Shown here: piece after piece, positions 57,452 through 64,000 of the stretch | Position numbering within the stretch: the first letter of the stretch is position 1 | How the letters are laid out: every line of letters begins with the position of its first letter | Virus record (IMG/VR): IMGVR_UViG_3300021226_000189 | Length of the DNA stretch: 64,000 bases | Reading direction: 5' to 3' (one strand) | Source: a virus | Position numbers and translations under genes: made by a program | Notes under the pieces: generated by a model | What the model was told of the DNA's origin: nothing | Databases searched by the model: none | What the model saw: the letters and a program-made list of their open reading frames with translations, nothing else

Positions 57452-58336
57452 ATGCAAGCTTTATTTCATATTACGGGTGGTTTGGGTAAACACGTTGCCG
57501 CAACAAGCGTAATTAATTCTTATAAGTTCAAATTTCCCGACGAAGAGATTATCGTATCTAGTGCTTATCCTGATGTTTTTGAGAAAAATCCAAATGTTAA
57601 AGAATCTTTAGATATCAATAATCTTCAATATTTTTATAAAAATTACATAAACAAAAAAGATGTAAAAATCTTTGCTCAAGAACCATATAGAGAGACCTCG
57701 CACATCTCGAAACAAAAACATCTCATTCAAACGTGGTGTGAAATGGTTGGGACTGAACAATATTTCCAACCATCGTTAAACATTGGTTTCAGGGAACATG
57801 AAATTATCTCCAGACAATTTATTAATGAGAAGCCGATTTTAATATTCCAACCTTTTGGTGGTATTAATTCCAATTTACCTTATAATTGGGCGAGAGATAT
57901 TCACCCTTCGGTTGCACAATCTATTGTTAATATGTTAGCTGACAAATATAATATTCTCTACATTTGCAACCCATATCACCCAGCTCTCAATAATTGCCAC
58001 AGGATCGATAACAGATTATCATTCGGAGAGTTAGTTTCTTTAGTCGGTATTTCTGATAAGAGATTTTTAATTGATTCATCAATCCAACATATCGCTGCTG
58101 CGATAGGAAAACCATCTATCGTGGTTTGGAATGTGACATCACCAGAAATATTTGGTTATAATATGCATGATAATATTACCAGTCCTGTTGATTATAGTGA
58201 TGGTCACAGAAAATCCTATTTATTCGATTATGAAATTGCTGGAATACCAGCAGAATGCCCAGTTTCAAATTATATGAACATGTTTGATATGGATCAAATT
58301 CTCGATTCGATAAAATATCTTTTAGATGATAAATAA
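57452..58336 (+). CDS. GT9/heptosyltransferase-like glycosyltransferase
   Basis: GGLGK..AATS, LIFQP.GG, FL.DS...H.AAA.GKP.IV.W. Confidence 0.72.
   Translation: MQALFHITGGLGKHVAATSVINSYKFKFPDEEIIVSSAYPDVFEKNPNVKESLDINNLQYFYKNYINKKDVKIFAQEPYRETSHISKQKHLIQTWCEMVGTEQYFQPSLNIGFREHEIISRQFINEKPILIFQPFGGINSNLPYNWARDIHPSVAQSIVNMLADKYNILYICNPYHPALNNCHRIDNRLSFGELVSLVGISDKRFLIDSSIQHIAAAIGKPSIVVWNVTSPEIFGYNMHDNITSPVDYSDGHRKSYLFDYEIAGIPAECPVSNYMNMFDMDQILDSIKYLLDDK
58330..58335 (+). promoter_or_regulatory. Late promoter TAAATA
   Basis: 5 nt before ATG 58341. Confidence 0.65.
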
Positions 58337-58340
58337 TAAT

Positions 58341-58721
58341 ATGTCAATACTAAATGATAATAAATTACCACAATCGGAAGAATTAACTTCTGAACAACTA
58401 GAGCAAAGAAAACAAGCTAGATTGAATTACAAAGTCAATTCTATTTTGAATATTGCTAGAGAAACATACAATAGCTTGGTCAATGTTCAACGAGAAGGTA
58501 TAGATATGCTATGGCATGATGATATCTTAACACCGCAGGAAATTTGTGATGGTCTTGGAGAAAATGCTGTTAAAGTTTTCGAATTTCATGGTGCGTTGAC
58601 ACAATTTGTTCAAACTTTAGCAAACAATGCTCAAATCGAAGTTGATTTGAAATATCCAACAAATTCTTTCACTGAATTGAGTGGTAATATCGTTGTTAGT
58701 GACCAACCATACGAAGTATAA
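58341..58721 (+). CDS. Hypothetical late protein
   Basis: TAAATA-N5-ATG. Confidence 0.6.
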   Translation: MSILNDNKLPQSEELTSEQLEQRKQARLNYKVNSILNIARETYNSLVNVQREGIDMLWHDDILTPQEICDGLGENAVKVFEFHGALTQFVQTLANNAQIEVDLKYPTNSFTELSGNIVVSDQPYEV

Positions 58722-58724
58722 TTT

Positions 58725-59780
58725 ATGAAAAAACAACCAACATTAGGGGATATTTACGGTAGCATGTTGAAAAGTGTTAAGGTGGTAAATGAAAGCGCGG
58801 AGGAAAATATTAATAAATCTAAGAAAAAAATTAACACGCCTAAAAATGCGTTTTCTGATAAAAATTCTCCGATTAAAGGTGGACCGACATCTGCTGATGG
58901 ATTCCATAAAGCTCTGAATGATGATTATTGTGGATGTGAAGAAGAAGATGAAGAACGCTTTGATAGAAAATATGATAGAATCAATGAATTGGAAAAACAA
59001 ATAAAAGATCCAAATATTTCAGAGAAAAAGAAAGAAGGTTTGGAGATGGCATTGAAAAAATTAAAATCTGATTTGCAAAGAGAAGAAGCAGAAGAAAATA
59101 TTGTGGAAGAATCTAAAAAAATTGCGAGGGAAAGACTAAATACTTTTATGATGAAAAAATCTACATTTGATAAATTGTTTGAATCTGTGATGGGTGGTAA
59201 CTTCGATCAACAAGAAGACGCTCAAGAAGATGCTGCTTTGGGTCTCAGCGATGCACCTACTGATGACGAATTTGGTGATGACGAATTTGGTGATGACGAA
59301 GGTGAGCAAATCACAGTTACTTTGGATCGTGCAGTTGCACAACAATTATGTGATATTCTTCAAGCTGCTATGGGCGGTGGTGAAGAAGACTTCGGTGATG
59401 AAGGCGACGATCTCGATTTCGAAGTTGGAGATGATGAAATGGAAGATGAAGAAAGTGACTTGTATGACGATGAAGAGGAATACGATGAAGAGGAATACGA
59501 TGAAGACGAAGAAAGCACTTTCCCCACTGACAAAGTTGGTAATGATGGAACCATCGGTGCTAAAAATTCCAAAGACGGTTTACACCGATTGCAAGGTAAA
59601 TCCAACAAAGTAGGTGGTCGTCCACAACCAAAAGGTCAAGGAACCAAAGTAACTGGAACCACTGATAAAGTTGGTAACGATGGTGATTACGGTCATGCTA
59701 TCCATAGCGGAAAACAACCAGACATGGGTAAACAAAATAAAGTGTCCGATTTGCGTCCAGCAGAAGATTACTTCCGCTAA
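58725..59780 (+). CDS. Acidic head core/scaffold-like protein with internal start at 59148
   Basis: D/E-rich; VNES and LFES sites; TDKVGNDG twice; internal TAAATA-N5-ATG. Confidence 0.6.
   Translation: MKKQPTLGDIYGSMLKSVKVVNESAEENINKSKKKINTPKNAFSDKNSPIKGGPTSADGFHKALNDDYCGCEEEDEERFDRKYDRINELEKQIKDPNISEKKKEGLEMALKKLKSDLQREEAEENIVEESKKIARERLNTFMMKKSTFDKLFESVMGGNFDQQEDAQEDAALGLSDAPTDDEFGDDEFGDDEGEQITVTLDRAVAQQLCDILQAAMGGGEEDFGDEGDDLDFEVGDDEMEDEESDLYDDEEEYDEEEYDEDEESTFPTDKVGNDGTIGAKNSKDGLHRLQGKSNKVGGRPQPKGQGTKVTGTTDKVGNDGDYGHAIHSGKQPDMGKQNKVSDLRPAEDYFR
59137..59142 (+). promoter_or_regulatory. Intragenic late promoter TAAATA
   Basis: 5 nt before in-frame ATG 59148. Confidence 0.55.
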
Positions 59781-59809
59781 TAATTTCTGACAGAAAAAAT
59801 AAACTCAAG

Positions 59810-59841
59810 AAGCGGGGATCGTGGTGATTCCCGCTTTTTTT
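59810..59841 (+). terminator. Intrinsic terminator
   Basis: AAGCGGGGATC-GTGGT-GATTCCCGCTT stem-loop followed by a T run. Confidence 0.85.
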
Positions 59842-59844
59842 CGT

Positions 59845-59850
59845 TAAATA
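59845..59850 (+). promoter_or_regulatory. Late promoter TAAATA
   Basis: 5 nt before ATG 59856, right after a terminator. Confidence 0.7.
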
Positions 59851-59855
59851 GTAAT

Positions 59856-60710
59856 ATGCAGTCCTTTCTTGAATTTTTCAAAAATCATATTTTGAAAGAG
59901 AACACATCTTTAGATGATGTGATATATGTAGTAGCGGATATAAAAACAAAAGAAGTTGTTTGGAGAGGTCCATACTCTAAGAGAAAATACGGTAAAAGAG
60001 TTAGAGATAAAAGAAATATAGAATACGGTGCTGAAAGATATGTTTTCAGAAAAGAAGAAACATCGCCCATTTTAGAATACCGCCATAAAGATTCTTTTGG
60101 TGGTATCAAACAATCATTACATGCGAATAATAAAAAGGGTGGAAATATCACTCGTGATCCTTTGAAGAGAAAAATACCATGGGTTGTAGGACCTTATAAA
60201 AAAATTAGAAATGCTGGAGAAGTCTTAATTGGTGATGATTTAATAAAAGAATTGGGTTCAATGGGTGGTGTGGAATTTGAAGATGGTAAGGAAATTAAAA
60301 GAAAAAATTCTAATCAAATTTTGAAATTGTTTACCAATCTCCATGGTCAACAGTGTGGAAAAATCGTAGAAATTAAAGAATCGGTGCAGGGTGTATTACT
60401 CACTAGAGAACTCGCGGATAAAATCGCTACAAATTTAATCGAGGGTGGTATTACGAGAAAAGGAACGATGAGAATGACTGCTGAGATTTGTGGTGTTCCT
60501 GAATCTGCTGTGAGAAGCGTGAAATCTTATTTATTGAACGGTGTCAAAGGTCATAGCAATCCTGATATGATGATCGACAGAAATGCTGATATGATTATTA
60601 AAGGTTGGGATGATGATAAGGTGGGTGTTGGTAAAGTGTTTAAGGGTGAAATTCCCGATGACATGGCAAAAGGTGAAGAAATATATCGGAAAATGAAAGG
60701 AGGATATTGA
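59856..60710 (+). CDS. Probable head protein with several leader-like motifs
   Basis: MQSFLEFF..ILKEN; internal ILEY, IKES, LIEG; TAAATA-N5-ATG. Confidence 0.55.
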   Translation: MQSFLEFFKNHILKENTSLDDVIYVVADIKTKEVVWRGPYSKRKYGKRVRDKRNIEYGAERYVFRKEETSPILEYRHKDSFGGIKQSLHANNKKGGNITRDPLKRKIPWVVGPYKKIRNAGEVLIGDDLIKELGSMGGVEFEDGKEIKRKNSNQILKLFTNLHGQQCGKIVEIKESVQGVLLTRELADKIATNLIEGGITRKGTMRMTAEICGVPESAVRSVKSYLLNGVKGHSNPDMMIDRNADMIIKGWDDDKVGVGKVFKGEIPDDMAKGEEIYRKMKGGY

Positions 60711-60712
60711 TT

Positions 60713-61582
60713 ATGGCTGGATGTTCTACAATACCTTTATCATGTTTGAAACCTGAAAACATCTTTGCTGGTGTATATCGTCCTAATTGTGGGGGATTCG
60801 CAGATCCATCAAATTTTCAAGCAGAGAGAGCGATTTTTAATTCTCAGTTTGGTGAACTCATCAATAACTATGGTGTTACGATTGGTTACATGGTCAATAC
60901 ATTCAATCCTGAGAAGATGAATAGTATTTACGGTGAACACACTTTAATGTATTGGTTGGAGCCGAAAGAAATCAAAGCATATATGCAAATGGAGAATGGT
61001 TCACCCATTTATGCTTTGGCTGGCATGGATTCTCCTGATACTTTAACCCTGTATTTACATATTGATGATTTCAAAACAAAATTCTCAACATTGAGTATAT
61101 TTGACGGAGTTCTTCAAGATGAAAACGGGAATCCCATATTAAATGAAAGAGGGGAAGAAATCATAATCGATCAAGAAAACGGACCTTTTGCATGTGAACC
61201 TAAATCGCAGGATAAAATTATCGTTTATCCATTCGGTTGTGATAGACCCAATGGTAGAGGTGCTAAGATATTTGAAGTGACAGAAGTATTAGATGAAGAT
61301 CAATCAGAACTCAATCCAGCGATGGGTCATTATGTGTGGAGATTGAAAGCAGTTCGTAGTGAGCATAATTTTACCACGAATGAACCACGGGAAGCAGTTA
61401 ATCAACAAATTGTTGATAATTCCTATTTCGGTAAGTTATCTTCGGCATTATTCCCTGAATTGTCGAGCGTATTAGATAATAATAAAATTTATACTGATAA
61501 TTCTGACGATATTGTGAGAAATGATATATTCCCACCTTCCACAGGGGGTAGTAATGGCAGTGTTTACGGTAACTATTTTTAA
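60713..61582 (+). CDS. gp14: Neck/head completion protein gp14
   Basis: ELINNYG, IYGE, D.LTLY.HI, IFEVT.V.D, YVWRLKA. Confidence 0.75.
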   Translation: MAGCSTIPLSCLKPENIFAGVYRPNCGGFADPSNFQAERAIFNSQFGELINNYGVTIGYMVNTFNPEKMNSIYGEHTLMYWLEPKEIKAYMQMENGSPIYALAGMDSPDTLTLYLHIDDFKTKFSTLSIFDGVLQDENGNPILNERGEEIIIDQENGPFACEPKSQDKIIVYPFGCDRPNGRGAKIFEVTEVLDEDQSELNPAMGHYVWRLKAVRSEHNFTTNEPREAVNQQIVDNSYFGKLSSALFPELSSVLDNNKIYTDNSDDIVRNDIFPPSTGGSNGSVYGNYF

Positions 61583-61584
61583 TT

Positions 61585-63357
61585 ATGGCAGCTAAAAAGA
61601 GAAAACAGGAGTATATGGGTAATCCCAATCTCCCAACTGCTGATGCAGTCTTTGAATACACACCAGAGATGGTGATGGAGATTGAAAAATCCAAAGAATC
61701 TCTATTATATTTTGCATCCAATTACTTTTACATCATCGATCCCGATGAAGGTAAGAAAGTTATTCCTTTGTTTGATTATCAAGAGAGATTATTAAAAGCT
61801 TTTGATGAACACAGATTTAATATCGTTTTGTCCTCTAGACAGAGCGGTAAGACTACAATTGCAACTGCTTTAGCTTTACATGAGGCATGTTTCAAAGACC
61901 ATAAAAACATCGTAATCGTTGCTAACAAAGAGGAGACTGCTAAGAACATCTTCAAGAGAGTTCGACTCGCTTATTTGGAATTACCGAATTGGTTAAAGCC
62001 AGGTATTAAAAAATGGGGTGATACTGGACTTGAATTGGCAAACGGTAGTAGTATCGAAATTTCAACCACTACTGGTAACGCTGCAAGGGGTAAAACTATT
62101 AACCTTCTCCTTCTCGATGAGTTAGCGTTCATTGAACCAGAAAGCATCGTTGAAGATTTCTGGCGATCCGTATACCCCACAATTTCTCGTGCTAAAACAT
62201 CTAGGATTCTCATCACATCAACTCCAAATGGTGTTGGTAATCTATTCCACCGTTTGTATGTCGGTGCGACTAAAAAAGAAAACAGATTCCACTATGAGAG
62301 AATTGACTGGTGGGAAGTTCCAGGTCGTGACGAAGAGTGGAAACAAGAACAAATCAAAGACTTAGGCTCTTACGAAGCATTCAATCAGGAATACGGCAAC
62401 GAATTCTTAGACAATAGTCAACAGTCGATTGATGAAGCATTATTTGATAGGTTGAAATCGCAATGTTGTGAACCGAAACATGTTCTGAAAGATGGTCATT
62501 ATAAAATTTGGGAAGAATATGATCAAGAAAAAATATATGCTATCGGTGGAGACGTGGCAGAAGGTGTCGGATTGGATGCGTCTGTTTTAGAAATCTTTGA
62601 TATTACAAATCCAAAAGAAATCATTCAAGTTGGGGAATACGTGAACAATAAAATTGGACCATCCGAATTTACAAACATGGTTGCTGAAATTTGTGGTCAT
62701 TGGGGTAATCCTTTATTATTGATTGAAAGAAACAATCAAGGATCAGGTGTTTGTGATCGAATGGCTAATGAGTTCATGTATCAAAATCTCGTTTCTTGGG
62801 GTGCTAAAGAAGCACACAAGAATAAACAGAATGGTATGATTTCCCATATCAATACGAAATACAAAGCAGTCCTCAATATGCGTTATTTTGTCAATGAAGC
62901 GCAATCCGTGACTTTCCGTTCTCTGGATTGTCTGAAAGAATTCAAAACATTCATTCGATATCCTAATGGATCATGGAAAGCAAAAGCAGGGGAACATGAC
63001 GATAGAGTTATGGCAACTGTCTGGATGCTCATGTCATTATACAATGATATCACGGAATTATACTTTGATATTAAGGAAAAAGACGATTGCGACCATCCTC
63101 TGGTAATCGAACCTTTTGACATGGGTCTAATCAAATATAAATCAGCGACTTCTATTTATACTAACGAAGAAGTGGCAAAAATTGAACACTCTAATCTAGC
63201 CCCCATGCTTTTTGGTGGTGAAAGTTCTATGGCAGCTAGTGATATGGCTGAATTAGAAGCTCAGGGTTGGTTCATTCCTGAAGGTGCTATCTACTCTAAT
63301 CCTGATAGGAACATTTCTTATGAACAATGGGATGCGATGAATAAATATTTCGGTTGA
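61585..63357 (+). CDS. gp17: Terminase large subunit gp17
   Basis: YMGNPNL, SSRQSGKTT, LLLDELAF, STPNG, GGDVAEG.G.D, HDD.VM. Confidence 0.96.
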   Translation: MAAKKRKQEYMGNPNLPTADAVFEYTPEMVMEIEKSKESLLYFASNYFYIIDPDEGKKVIPLFDYQERLLKAFDEHRFNIVLSSRQSGKTTIATALALHEACFKDHKNIVIVANKEETAKNIFKRVRLAYLELPNWLKPGIKKWGDTGLELANGSSIEISTTTGNAARGKTINLLLLDELAFIEPESIVEDFWRSVYPTISRAKTSRILITSTPNGVGNLFHRLYVGATKKENRFHYERIDWWEVPGRDEEWKQEQIKDLGSYEAFNQEYGNEFLDNSQQSIDEALFDRLKSQCCEPKHVLKDGHYKIWEEYDQEKIYAIGGDVAEGVGLDASVLEIFDITNPKEIIQVGEYVNNKIGPSEFTNMVAEICGHWGNPLLLIERNNQGSGVCDRMANEFMYQNLVSWGAKEAHKNKQNGMISHINTKYKAVLNMRYFVNEAQSVTFRSLDCLKEFKTFIRYPNGSWKAKAGEHDDRVMATVWMLMSLYNDITELYFDIKEKDDCDHPLVIEPFDMGLIKYKSATSIYTNEEVAKIEHSNLAPMLFGGESSMAASDMAELEAQGWFIPEGAIYSNPDRNISYEQWDAMNKYFG

Positions 63358-63381
63358 CATTGGAGAATTTTGTGATATTTT
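63354..63381 (+). promoter_or_regulatory. Sigma70-type promoter
   Basis: TTGACA-N16-TATTTT with TG extension, 6 nt before ATG 63388. Confidence 0.65.
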
Positions 63382-63387
63382 ATTATC

Positions 63388-63597
63388 ATGAACGTTAGAG
63401 AAGAACATCTAGTGAAAGAAGAATATTATCAAAAATTTATTTCTGATATGCATCAGACGGCATCTGCTTATGAAAAACAGGCTATGAAAATGTTCATAGA
63501 CAGTGACTTACATAAAGGTCATTGTGCCATGGATAATGCTAGAGCTTTGAGAGCTGCTGCGAATATTATGGATAATACTGCATGTGACGGTAGCTGA
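63388..63597 (+). CDS. Hypothetical early protein
   Basis: 69 aa directly after a sigma70-type promoter. Confidence 0.55.
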   Translation: MNVREEHLVKEEYYQKFISDMHQTASAYEKQAMKMFIDSDLHKGHCAMDNARALRAAANIMDNTACDGS

Positions 63598-63598
63598 T

Positions 63599-63979
63599 AT
63601 GCGATATACTTCAGATAACATTATAGAATTGAAAGAAAATGAGATTTTCTGTTTTGGCTCGAATTTGGCGGGGCGACATGGACTTGGAGCCGCTTTAATA
63701 GCCCGTAAGAAATTCGGTGCTGTCTATGGGGTTGGAGAAGGTTTGACAGGAAGATGTTATGCCATTCCCACGAAAGGACACAATCTGTCCCGAATGTCCT
63801 TGGCGGAAATCAAAAAACATGTGGACACTTTTCTGGAATTCGCCAAGGATAATCCAGATAAGAAATTTCTTGTCACTCAGATTGGTTGTGGTTTGGCTGG
63901 ACACAGACCAAAAGACATTGCGCCGATGTTTAGGGAAAGAACAGAGAATGTGATTATTCCAAAAGAGTTTGATATGTAG
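63599..63979 (+). CDS. Macrodomain-like protein
   Basis: IFCFGSN..G.HG.GAA, YAIPT, IGCGLAG. Confidence 0.7.
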   Translation: MRYTSDNIIELKENEIFCFGSNLAGRHGLGAALIARKKFGAVYGVGEGLTGRCYAIPTKGHNLSRMSLAEIKKHVDTFLEFAKDNPDKKFLVTQIGCGLAGHRPKDIAPMFRERTENVIIPKEFDM

Positions 63980-64000
63980 GTGTTCTTCATTAAATATTTT

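Noticed and set aside
1-64000. Stop-codon reassignment (TAG/TGA recoding)
   Set aside because: Core genes (gp43, gp41, gp17, gp6, UvsW) are full length in the standard code; the single in-frame continuation after TAG 23299 is explained by the repeat.

Overview
AT-rich, gene-dense 64 kb segment of a large T4-like myovirus, standard genetic code. It has four parts. (1) 53-3280, minus strand: a block of probable head proteins. (2) 3281-3709: an AT-rich non-coding gap. (3) 3710-39249, mostly plus strand: a replication/recombination block (UvsW, gp55 late sigma, gp47, split gp46, gp43 polymerase, UvsX, gp41, gp32, gp45, gp61) interspersed with three DNA methyltransferases, glycosyltransferases and many accessory genes. 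(4) A minus-strand fibre/baseplate block (gp6, gp25) followed by a 17-aa-repeat fibre, a sulfotransferase, a GT9-like enzyme, gp14 and terminase gp17. The most striking features are: a TAAATA-N5-ATG late-promoter grammar plus TTGACA-N16-(-10)-N5/6-ATG early promoters, implying leaderless mRNAs; about 13 proteins with T4 internal-protein-like capsid-targeting/cleavage leaders, among them a GNAT acetyltransferase inserted exactly at the zinc hook of gp46 (splitting it in two) and a modular protein with an R-S-E ADP-ribosyltransferase domain bounded by 18-bp in-frame repeats; a catalytically dead gp21 protease paralogue; an eglin/CI-2-like protease inhibitor; and a candidate fibre glycosylation/sulfation module. 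All family assignments come from motif recognition by eye; no database searches were run.
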